From the NCBI GenBank assembly GCA_047495785.1, contig JBLDXI010000021.1:1984001-2048000 (forward strand): a DNA stretch of 64,000 bases. The letters run 5' to 3'. A program made the translations under genes and the position numbers. This DNA is from Lepidodermella squamata. Its lineage: Eukaryota; Animalia; Gastrotricha. Shown piece by piece: positions 25,100-36,756 of the stretch. Below the pieces are notes generated by a model. The model ran no database searches, had not been told where the DNA came from, and worked only from the letters and a program-made list of their open reading frames with translations. Numbering within the stretch: the first letter of the stretch is position 1; every line of letters starts with the position of its first letter.

Positions 25100-25655
25100 A
25101 GCTCTGGATTATGCTTTTTAGGATTCAAATATTTTATATGATTGATTATCAGGTCCATTTTTAACACAACTTTTCAAATAAAAACAATCGTTTTCGCTAA
25201 AAAATTAGTTTATTACCACAAAATTCCTCTTTATGAGCGAACCAGCAGGGCTAAAAAAGGGAGGTTGAAGCGCTTTGGGGGAATCGTGTTCAGTATTCAG
25301 TGGTAATTAACATCGCGTGAATAAGCCTTCGAGAATAAGAGCCAAGCAAAAGCAGTATTTTTACACGTAAGATTGTCGCAATTTATAAATAGCCTCGTAA
25401 TAATATATCGCCAGCGAGAAACAAACAACAAATGTTATAGAAAAATCAAATCGCTATCATAGTATATGGACACAAACTAGAAAACTCAATTAACAAGCTC
25501 TGGTCAGATATGCTAATTTATTCAGATGTACACAATTTACACATATTAGATCTGCGATAATTCACACGAAAAAAAACACACTGCAGAAAAACACAAAAAG
25601 ATGCATTGTATGAGAATCAGGTATATATAGAATATAAATAGCTGTAGATTTTTCT

Positions 25656-28600
25656 TCAAAGAGTACTCTCTGTGATTCGAACAGTGCTAGCCGGCGACTG
25701 CTCAACAATCTGACTCGGCGGCTGGTGCGCCACAGGCGGAAATACGATGCGGTGAGTCGACGGGCTCGGAGTCGAAGACCGCGCGCCCGAGCCTAAAAAT
25801 TCCTCATTCAGCGACAATTTCGGCATCTGAATCGGCCGAGGCAGGCGTCTAGCGTACGGCGATGCGTTGATGTTATTCGACAAGAACGCGCTAGCTTCGT
25901 CATGGCTCAACAAACACGAGTTTTCATCCAACGGGCCGATCGAATTCTGCAACAGGTGCTTAGCGTTGTAGTTCTCGCGCCCGGGCGAATCACCGCCGTT
26001 TCGCATGTCCCCAGAACTGCCGATTCGAACGAATCTACCGGCGGATTGGCGCAGGTTGCCATTCGCGTCAATCGCCTCGTAGTTCATGTTATTCACGCCC
26101 ATATTGTGGCTGTAGGACGACTCCATGCTGGACGGGGTCGCGCGGCCCAAGTACTGGTCGGACAAAATTTCTCCAAGCGGATGGGCGCCGCGGACCAGCC
26201 GGCATTGAACAGCTGGTTTAGAGCTGGAATTCATCGAATCGTGGCTAGCTATCGATGTCGACATGATAGGGCGACGGCTGCGCGGCTCGTTGACAACAGG
26301 AACAACTTCCTGCTGCTCGAGGGACAACGCATCGACCAAGTCATCGCCCTCGAGGAAATCGTCGCTGTCCGCTTTCGAGTCGTTCGATGAAGAATCCTGA
26401 ACGTCACCAACCGCCAGGCTATTTTTCAATTTCCGCCAATGGGAAGATATAGCCTTTGTCAGGTTGATTCGGCCAAACTGGTCGAAGGTATGCCAAGAGT
26501 GGCTGCTTGTCAACGCGTTCAAAATATCTTCAAATTTCGGCAGGCCAACCGATTCAAAATGCGATTTCACCATGCTACAAATCGCTGAAAAAAATTGAGA
26601 AAAAAGTCATTTTCGGCGAAAATAATTGATTCGGTGACTCACCCGCGCTGTCACAAGGCTCCGATCGCCCAGCTGCAATGGCGATGATAAAGCGGTTCTG
26701 GACCTCCCGCACCAGGCCTTCAAAACCTGACGCAATGTTGATTTTCGACAGGCTGAAGGGCAGTTGATTGCCATCGGTCGAGCGAGGCGAAACGGAACGC
26801 GGTTCGAAACACCAGATTTCCCTGACAGCTACACCATCGTCGGCTTTCCTGTCATCCCAGTGCAACACATCGGCGATGCGGCGGCACGGCTTAGCGCGGA
26901 CCAACAACCGGCGACACGCCATTGACGGGCCGCTGAAGTAGAAAACGACAAACGCCATTTGCTGTTCGATGATGAGATCGCGGCCGTTGAAAGACGCCGC
27001 CGATAATTGCCCGTCAATCGGCTGCTCGCTGCCGTGTTGGTAAATGGCACACAGGAAGACCGACATGCCCCGGGCGGCGCACAACGGACCCAGGCAGTCG
27101 GATAGGCTGGTAACAAAACCACTTTTAATCTCGTCAGTCGCCACGGTTTCGACAGAGCCGTCCGGGAAGGTGACTCGGAACGATGATTGAGTTGTCGCGT
27201 TGTTTTTCCGCGACGGTTTATTCTTAGCGCGGCCGATGATTTGCGACAACAATTTAGCGGGGTTCCAATTGATTCCGTTAGCCGCCATTGAATTACTGCT
27301 AGCCGATGAAGTGGTCGAACTCGCTGCGTTCTTACTTGATCTATTTTTCCTGGAACTTAACCGCAGCCCTGAAGACTTGAAAGCAGAATTTGACTCAGCA
27401 TTGCTCTGAAATTAATTATTCAAGTCAGGAAATTTTAGTATAAAAAATGACTCATACGGGTATTGCTGCTGCGCTATCGATTTGTTTCTGCTCTCCGGTC
27501 ATCTCTTTATAGAATTCAGATTGGAGAAATCGCGGATAACAGTCCTTTTTCAGTAAGCGGTAAACATGATCGCGAGCCGCGTCGAAAATATCGCGCGGCA
27601 ATTCGCTGCTGCTGCAGCCAGATGTCGACGAAGTGTTCATCGTTCCGGACTTTGGCGAGGTTGGCGAAACGCCGCGAATGTTGCCGGCAATCAGGGCTCG
27701 GCGAATATTGGCAACTATTTGCCACGTCAAATTCACCGGCTGTTTAGAATGCTGCGACACGAACTGCTGGTAAATCGCACGCGCTTCGTTCGACAACGAT
27801 TCGACTGACGTGAGAGATCGAAAATGATCGCAAGCAAATAAAAAGTCCAAATTTTCGTCCGAAACTTGACTCCTCAAAAATTTCTGCGAACAACGAAATT
27901 AATCTCAAATCGGCCCTCAATCAATGAAAATCTTACCCTAAAGTGGTCCAACGAAGTTTTATCCTGAAGAAGGGCATCGAAATTAGCAGGAATTGCGGAT
28001 GCGGCTGTCGCTTTTGGCGCTGTAGTAGGCAGAGATAGGGTTGAACCTACGACTTCAGTCCTGGTTTCGACACTGGCGGTTGATGAACGAGCATCTAGCG
28101 CCTCTGCGGTATTAGGTGTGTTCCTTTTGTTTTCAACTGCTGGCGTTTTATTGCTAGTGTTTCCGTTTGAGTTGTTGGAATTTGGGTGTTGACTTTTAGC
28201 CGCCGCATTGTTGGCATTCCGGGCCGCGACTGCATTAGAGCTGCTAACTAGATTCGCGAGAGGTGCCGAGTCTTCGTAGTCCAAATCGGTCTCCGAAGCA
28301 TTTGTACCAAGCGAGGTGTAACGCGGGCTGAGCAGTGAATTGAGTGCGAGCCCACTCGCGTCTGTTGACACAGTAGGCTGCGCTCCGCTGTAAAATCCAA
28401 CGCGTTGTTGCTCATTTTGATCGACCCTCACGTAAGGACTGCGGAATAAAAACAAATAAAGTTAGACGCAAATCACACTTCAATTTCCGCACAAGTACAG
28501 CTCTTGGGTACCACCTTCGCAATAATAAAATCCTCATTTAATCCTATTCATTTCATAACTTCCATCGCACATTCAGATTCATCATTGGTCTCGCTAATAA

Positions 28601-31600
28601 GTTTACTGTTGGAAAAGAAACATCTTCTCTACTAGCAATGTTTATAACATTCAAAGCCATGAATTTCATGATTTATTCAGAAATTACCTCAAATGTTTTC
28701 TTGCATAGTTTGAGTTTTTTTATAGGAATTTTCCCAAATAAAACATTAAAAGCTAGTCCAAGGAATTGGCTTTTTTCCTCTCATTTCTAGTATTTGCACC
28801 TATTCTCAAGTATCAAGTAGTCGCCACGCATATTTATGCGTCCCATTGGCCAATGCATGAGTAATTAATCATGATCATTGTGAATACTATTTGAGACATA
28901 AGCCTAGGGCTCATCTCAAAATTACTTGCTCATTTAACCAGTAAATTTCGATAGCGTCCTAAGGTAATTGACCATTGCATATAATGAGGAGCTCAACTTT
29001 TTCAGAACACGTTAGCATTTATCTATTCAGGTCATCATTTTTGGCAAGTTCTTAGCGTGATCAGCAATCGAGCAGTTATTAATGCCTTTGAGCGAGACAA
29101 GCGACGCGCCCCTGTCTGGGCACGGCGATATGACGTCTTGACGCACTCGCCGTCGCCGAACCAACGCCGCAACACACGCGGATGCATAAACAATGCGCGG
29201 CAATATCACAGTCAATCTGTCTCTTTGATTCATGAAGCGCGCTCCTTCTCAAGTCGGTGTTCATTATTCACGAATAATAACTGCGATACAGGTAGGTTAT
29301 ACGTTGTTGAATCTGAATTATTACTGCCATTCTTATGACGAATGCTGCGAGTATTTTGGGCGCTGCTGCAACAATCAAGTAGCACGCGTTCCGAGTACGG
29401 CTTCTTGCACAGGCCTTTTGATGCACTCGCCTACTATGAACCTCGCAGCGATCATTTGTTGCGCCGGCCGGTCGGCTCAATGGCGAACAAGGCGCTGCAG
29501 CAATAACACAGTAAATGAGCGCGAGAAGTTGGTTCAAATTAATTTATAATAAGGCCAGCAATCACAGCAATGTCCCGTTGTGTCGCCGGTGTGAATAAAA
29601 GACGGGCCTAATTTAACTACAGCTTGTCCTCGGCTCGTGCGCGACTCTAAAGAACGAAAGCTCGCGTAAACAATGCTAAGAGAGCGTTATAATTTCGTTT
29701 GTCAAAGGGCGAACCACTTATTCGTGGTGACTGAGTCGCAAATAAACACACCGGGGCTATGTGTCTGACGTGTGAGTCTAAAAATAACAAAAAGATGGGC
29801 AATAATTATCCACCACGCACCCGTCAATGACGACTTGTTGCTGCACAGAGAAAAAAGCTGCTGCGCCACCTGCTTGTTGTTTGTGTCTCGGCGGCGGTGG
29901 CGGCTGCTGCTGCTGTTGCGGCTCTTCTTTCGACGCATTTATCAGACTATCGATGGAGCGAGAACGATACAAACTGCTAGATCCGGATTGCCACAGTTGG
30001 CCGTAATGACGCCGGTGATAACTATTCGCCGCTGCCGTCGAGCTGTCAAATGTGGTCGTTGAAGTGGTGGTTGTTGTCTCGTCACTAATGCCAAAACGAG
30101 CGCTACCTGACGCGCCTGATAATGAATCCTAGAGTGAAAGAAAAACCCTTGAGCCTAAATAGTATTTGCCCAGTTCAAAACTAACCTGCTTCCTTCTGTG
30201 CTTATCGCTCCGATGCTTATGGCGCTGAGAACCGTAGCGGACTTTGAAGCTGCCCGAGCCGCCAGACGAGCCGGTGCCCCGCCCGAAGCGGCCGTCATCG
30301 CTGCCACTGCTGCGGCTACTACCGCCTCGAATGCCCTTACGATTGTAACGGGAAAGGGACCGTGACCTCGCCAAGGCCATTGCGGCTTGTCGCACGTCGA
30401 ACCCGCCAGTGCTGGCGTTTCCCGAGGGGTTATGGTCCGGGCAGTGATTTGTTGATGAAGCTGACGATGCACTGTTGGCAGCTCGACCTATTTGGCAGCC
30501 GCACCGTGGTGGCTTTCCGCCAGGGTAAGGCCTGGGCCTCGGAGGCACGGGTTCTTCTGAGGTATGTGACGCATTTCCAGCCATTGCTGCTCGCTCTGAT
30601 ACGGTGTAAACGCCACCGACAGGAAATTGGAAATTGTCAATCTAAAACGAAACTCATTAAAACAAAGCCAATATTTCAAGTGAAAACTGACAAATATCTC
30701 AGCTTCAAAGCTCGGCGGCTGTTGCGCATTACGATATCGTCGAGGGTTTAAAGCCGGGTTATTTTGATTGTAATTTGACGCATCGCAAAGTGGCTGATTT
30801 CTTGCAATCGTTGCTATCAAGTAGTTGAGATATCTCACCACATCGGGCGCGGTGTGATATGTTGGTGTCTTTAGCCGCAAATACTGTTCTTGCTGCCGGG
30901 TTAATGATGTTGAAAATATGTGGCAGACGCATATCGGGTTGGGTGGGCAATGTAAAACCAGGCCGAACATGTTCGTCGGAGATTCCGGAATCGTGCCAAC
31001 AAATGCAACAGAATTTAAAATAAAATTATATCCAACGTTCTTCTTGTCTGTTAGGCACACAGCCTGCCGATTTGCCGTAAGAATGAGCGGCTGCATAAGG
31101 ATTAAGCTCTTGTTCAACAGAAAGTGGTTCAAGCTATTGGATAACAGCCTTGTGAACACAGCAGCATTGGCGTTGGCCGGCAACGGCAATTTAAGAAATC
31201 CGACATAAACCACTCCACAATAATCAATATTATGAGACACTTGAGATGGACCAGAAGGCACGGGATGAGCAGGATGAGGTGGATGAGGTGGGTAAACGTT
31301 TCCACTTCCTGGAACCTGGAAATGTGGCACAGCCATAGACTGACAGTTGAGTGAACAAGTGCACTGAACTCCAGCAGTTGGGTTCACAGGAACAGACACA
31401 GTTCTCTGAGCAACCTATAAAATAACGTTTCGCTTTAAGGTAAAATAAACAAGACAGTTCATAAAAATCACCTGGAGGATGACGTACTCCGTGCATCCAG
31501 CCACCATCGCCACAACAGCATCATGAGTATATTTGACAACATTAAGACCGTTTACCATGATGAGGTAATCACCAACTTTCAAGCCTGCCTTGAAGGCAGG

Positions 31601-31732
31601 ACTGCCCTCGACTACATGAGTCAAGACACATGGATATTGTCCGGTCAAGGAAAAGCCGAACCCAGCAGTAGTGCGCCATAAACGCACGGTCTTATACTCG
31701 CGAACATTTCCTGTTACAGCGGGCGCTGACAT
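25656..31732 (-). CDS. RGS12: Regulator of G-protein signalling 12 / loco-like (PDZ, PTB, RGS, tandem RBD, degenerate GoLoco), multi-exon
   Basis: PDZ (GFGFSLTGQYPCVLTHVVEGSPA), PTB (VVYVG...CHIF), RGS (SDENLDF...PVNL...LLKKDCYPRFLQSEFY), RBD (VTFPDGS...LGPLCAARG) and a GoLoco-like segment: the diagnostic RGS12 domain order. Confidence 0.92.
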
Positions 31733-32029
31733 TCTTATCTGCTCAACAATAAAAATTGTAGCACAGCATGGCAACGCTCGTGCGAGTAGGCTGAAAACTA
31801 ATAATATCTAATAACTAGAAATAAATCATATGATAATAGATTAACGACAGCAGGCATTGGACGTAGCATCAATGCGAAAGGAGGTGTGCAGCCATTGCTC
31901 ATGATCGAACAACACCCAGTTTGATTGACTGAAAAAAACATTAAATTATCGGTTACTCCGAATTGTCGGTTAGTATCCGGTGAACTGAGAATAGAGAGAT
32001 GAACAATGCGGTCATTAGAACCTTGCACG

Positions 32030-32820
32030 ACCTCTCGAATATGAAGATGCGGCATCTGTTAAGGCATCGCCGCTGGGTAGTACAGCTTAGTGGATATGTG
32101 GATGAACGAATGAGCCCACCACCCACGGCGATATGCTTGGGTTTCACGTATCAGGTACCAGTTAAGATCCTGAGAGGCATCAAATAATTCATAGGTCATC
32201 TGAAAGACGCAGAAGACAGTTAACCAATGTAAATCTACAAAATAGACAGCGCCGTATTGACAAAGTTGCTCTTTTGCAAATTCGAGGGCACGAGAATGGC
32301 AAGTGCCTCGGTAGGAATTCAAATGAAGGAAGGCGGATTAAGTCCATCGCACCGATCTGCAGAGCTATGAACTTTTGCAAGCCAAATATACCTTATCCGC
32401 CTATCAGATAAGCGATCATACTCATCACCCACCACCCACTAATGTGGACGTCCGACGTCTACCGTTTACCTATGCCTGCGAGCTGCGAGACGCTGAGCTT
32501 GTTGACGGATGACGAACTGCTTGGTGCTTGACGATTTTTGAATTTCGTGCCATAAATTTTGTAAACATGTTAATTCTTGTAAATTTGAATAATAAAAAGT
32601 TTCACAGGTATCTGCATAGTATATGTCAAGTTATTTTTTTATATAAAAAAATCTTGTGCAGTTACCTGAGGCCGAAGTTCATCACGGGTGTGGGTGTAAA
32701 CCGAAGGTAGCCCTAGCGAAGCCGTCGACTTCGTGGCCTATAGCCAACTTGTCGTTTGTCGTTAGTGTCAACTAAGGCTTCAGCGACTTCGGGGCCCTCC
32801 TGTCCCATTGTGGACCCATT
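32030..32820 (-). ncRNA. Putative structured, spliced non-coding RNA or RGS12 5' leader
   Basis: Several long stems, with G-U pairs in the two largest favouring the minus strand. Donor CAG|gtaact at 32666/32665 and acceptor at 32612 give a 54-nt intron. No long ORF and no recognised RNA family. Confidence 0.4.
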
Positions 32821-33738
32821 GGTAAAAACTTTGTAAAGACTACAAAAAGTCCGATCCGCGGTAAACAAGGGGTATGATTTTTTTACCAGCTGCTTTCGGG
32901 TATAAAGAATATGAAAAATGTTTACGGTTCAACTATATATTATAGATTAGTTGTTGGTAACGACATTGAATCGCGTACCAGGGACTTGCGAATCTCAAAT
33001 CTCAAAGCTCCATCAAATGATAACAAAACAGAACTGTAAGCGCCAAAACGATACATTTGTAGTTCATCTGTTCAGTGTCAAGTGGGTTAATAGTTACATT
33101 TAATGATCATTGGTCATCAAGTATGCCCTTTCGTTGGCACCTCAGCGTATGCGTAACAGCAGACCTCAGGCGAATCTAATCGAATTGATAACAGACCAAA
33201 TGCTGTTATTTGCAGCCACAGGCCACAATCTTCTAGAGCCGTTTCATCCACATTGGTACTTGCTATCCGCATCTCTCAATGGCCAATGTTTAATGAACTC
33301 CTGCTCTGAATGGTTTTGGTTTAATGCTTGAGACTCAATTTTCCTATTTAAAATTAAGTTGGCCTCTAATAACCAAGGAACTGGGCAAGGTCTTGGGATA
33401 TGAGCGCCAACAAAGGCTGTTTGTAGTCTCTTAGCTTTATCGCATGAATACTAAGTATTAGTAAGTTTCAGAAAAGAGATTCGTATATTAATTGATTTTT
33501 TTCTCGATCAGATTTTCTCATTATCATGAGAAGATTGGTCACATAAGTATATAAATGCTCATTTGAATTTATCTTATATCTCGGATCTCGGAATAATACT
33601 AATTCCTTCATTCTTAGGTTACGTATTCGAAAATCTATCTTCAATTTTATGCTGATACTCAATTTTTGCTTTAGATTGATAATTTCATCGAATTTTTGAG
33701 ACTCAAGGCATGAAGTTTAAAGGGAGGAGGTGAATATT

Positions 33739-36038
33739 ATGAGCAGGAATCCACCTCCTCGTAGTACATCTATTCTGTCCTTCGGTTTCACAAATGCTAA
33801 CACTGAGCGTATTCCGTCATCCAACTCAAGCGACAGCGTCATCGCACTTGGCGTAGATCATCTGCCGTTCTCATCTCGAAAATTCCCAGCTAGTTTGCTG
33901 AACGATTCTTTACCGACGAAGAAGTCATTTGGTGATAAATTCAAGGATTTCTTTATCCCTAGCCAAGCAAGCCATAGCAACGTTCCGTCTCAAACTAGCA
34001 ACTCAATATCAAACGTTGAGGACCTTTTGAAGAAATACAGCTCAGATGCGAATAGCTTAGAGCCAGGTATTTGCGAAGAGGACACAGCTTCTATTTCTGG
34101 GAATTTCAGCGCCTGTACTGTTCAAGCAGACAACATTTCATATTCTAGGCCAGTTGACTCTCGATACAACTTTCATCGTTATTACTAAGATTATTATTAT
34201 TTACAGCTTGTCGAATTTGAGCAACGCCACAGATATGTCATCGGAGCCGTGTGCCTCAACCTTGGCGAACTTGAATTCAGCCCTCGCTAAACCGAGATCT
34301 CAAGCGAATTTCGCGGCATCTAACTCAGAATCTTTTATTGCGGCATCGCTAAACCGGTCATCCTCTGCGTGCGACACTTGTCAAAGTCAAGACTCGGGAT
34401 TTTCAGATTATCAGAGAAATCTGAGATCGCCGCCTCAAAATGCTGAGAAAGAAGACTCCACCAAAGGATTGGCCAACTTTTTTTCGCGGTAATTAAACAG
34501 CGTCTCTGTATTTACGGGCTGTGTTTACATGGTGTTTTTCAGAGGCATATTTTCCCGGCTGAAAACATCCGAACCCAATAGAGAAAAAGTGCCAAATGGG
34601 ACCAACAAGAAACATTCGGATGAATTTATGACCAAAGCAACTCAGGTATGTGTATCTTGATGCAGTCATGTTTGTTAAGCTGGCGTATTTCCGCTGTTTT
34701 GCCGCGTCCTGCTTCGCGTTAATTTTATGCGTTGGCGTTTTACAGCTGTGTTTAGTATATTTAATAAAGCAGCTTCACGCTTAATAATGCTTTACTCATG
34801 TATCATGCATGTAGCAAAGTCATATGAAATTTTTTCAATGCAGACTTGGATAAACGATATCTTGCCTCAGTGGGATCGTGGCTCTCGGCGTTGGCGACAA
34901 ACTCACGAATTATGGTGGCTAGGCCTCCCACCAAAGGTGCGTGGGCAGGTGTGGAAACTGGCTATTGGCAACGACTTGCATATAACGCAAGACCTATATC
35001 AGTAAGCCTAGTTCTATTTCAGAAGAGGTGAAACTTTATTATCCCATATTCTCCAGAATCTGCTTAGATCGAGCCGCCTGTGTCTTTCAGCATTTGAACA
35101 GCGAAAATTCATCATCTCAACTTCCTTTCGCTGAAACGCTTCAATCAGGGCTGTGCAATACCTTGAATGTGGCCCCATCATTAAAAACAAGTTTACCAGT
35201 TGCTGACAAGCCGTTGCTTCAATCACTTCCGTCGATTCTGCTTGACCTATCCCGTACATTTCCTCAACTGGGGCTTTTTCAAGATGGTGGTCCAATGCAT
35301 GGGGCGCTTAAAAATCTCCTCTCCGCATACACATCATACCGCCCAGACATAGGCTACGTTCAAGGAATGTCGTTCATTGCATCCATGCTGCTTTTAAATA
35401 TGGACGAATTCGATGCGTTTGTCGCCTTCACTAATATCATCAATCGACCTATACATCTCGCCATGTTCTCTGTCGATCGAGGGCGAATATCAGCATACGT
35501 GGCTACTTTCAAGAAAATGCTGTGGTCTTTAATGCCTGAATTAGCCGGTCATTTTGCTGCCCATAGACTTTCGCCTGATGTGTATCTGTAAGATTTATTT
35601 TTATGAACCGAAATTCTGATCGACAATTTTCTTCCTAGGTTTGAATGGTTGCTGCCGATTTATTGCAGATCGTTTTCTTTAGACGTTGTCTCAAGAATTT
35701 GGGATGTTTATATTCGCGATGGAGAAAATTTTCTATTCAAAGTTGCGCTAGGTTTGTCTACCTTAATCTTATCTGCAAATCGATAATTTTCGTCCGATTT
35801 TTTTTTAGCAATATTAAAGCAAAACGAAGCGAGTTTAATGGCCAGTGATTTCGATCAAATGGTAGCAATATTGGCGAATGTGCGAGCTCAAGCGGAACTA
35901 ACACATGGCGACCAATTATTTATCAGCATTCACGCTGTCTCTAAAACTAGAATTTCTTCATCCGAATCATTTTCGAAGCTGCTGGAGGAATCGATAAATG
36001 AAGACGCTGATCGTTGGTGCGAAAACCTAAGCACTTGA
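33739..36038 (+). CDS. TBC1D14: TBC-domain Rab GTPase-activating protein, TBC1D12/TBC1D14-like, multi-exon
   Basis: WWLGLPPKVRGQVWKLAIGNDL, arginine finger ILLDLSRTFP, glutamine finger YRPDIGYVQGMSF, RIWDVYIRDGE. TBC1D12 vs TBC1D14 cannot be resolved (likely single pro-ortholog). Confidence 0.9.
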
Positions 36039-36756
36039 GTCTGCTCTAATAATGAGTATCTGCATTCTATGGCGAGCAATTACGCAAATCCCTCAGTTTC
36101 ATGTTGTGCTTCGTGCTGCGAAATCGAGAGTTGTGACCCGCCAGCCAACCAACTCCACATATGATATTTTTGTCGACAAATTTGTTTCGGCACTGGCGCG
36201 TATAAAATATCGAGTCTTTCTTTGTAAAGTTCTACACTTCTGAGGGTTGTTATGCCCATCAAGCATCGAATTCCCGCGATGCCAATGTCGGCATGCCCAC
36301 GACGTGCTGTAAAATTAGTGAACTGCACTTGTCATACACAAACACAAACACACGATGATAAAAAATCAATGTTTCTTGACTTGCTGGATACCAGCACGTT
36401 TCTACTGCGGCAGCATAAACAACGTTTTTAATGAAATCGATAATGATAATATAAAAACCTTACGGCTTGGTGCATGATACCTTATGAAGTAGTTACAGAG
36501 AGAACGGAAAAAATTATATTTTCGTTTGTGCTACTATGAACTCTGCACCATTTGAAATGCACTGGATTGAACGATGGAAAAATTGATTCCTTATTTTCAG
36601 CTAATTTTATTGCTGTCAATTGTTATTCGATAGGATTTCTATACCGAGCAAATTTTTATTGTTGCGTTTTATGCTGCATTGTACTAATAATTTATTGGTA
36701 GTTACAACGGAAATTAGTGAAATAAATCAAGGATCTTTTAAATCGGTTTTTTTTAA

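Noticed and set aside
32666-32880. U3 snoRNA, RNase P/MRP, SRP, telomerase RNA or hammerhead identity for the structured region
   Set aside because: Box-B/C-like words are present, but I found no U3 5' domain, P4 consensus, SRP helix-8 motif, telomeric template or complete hammerhead core.
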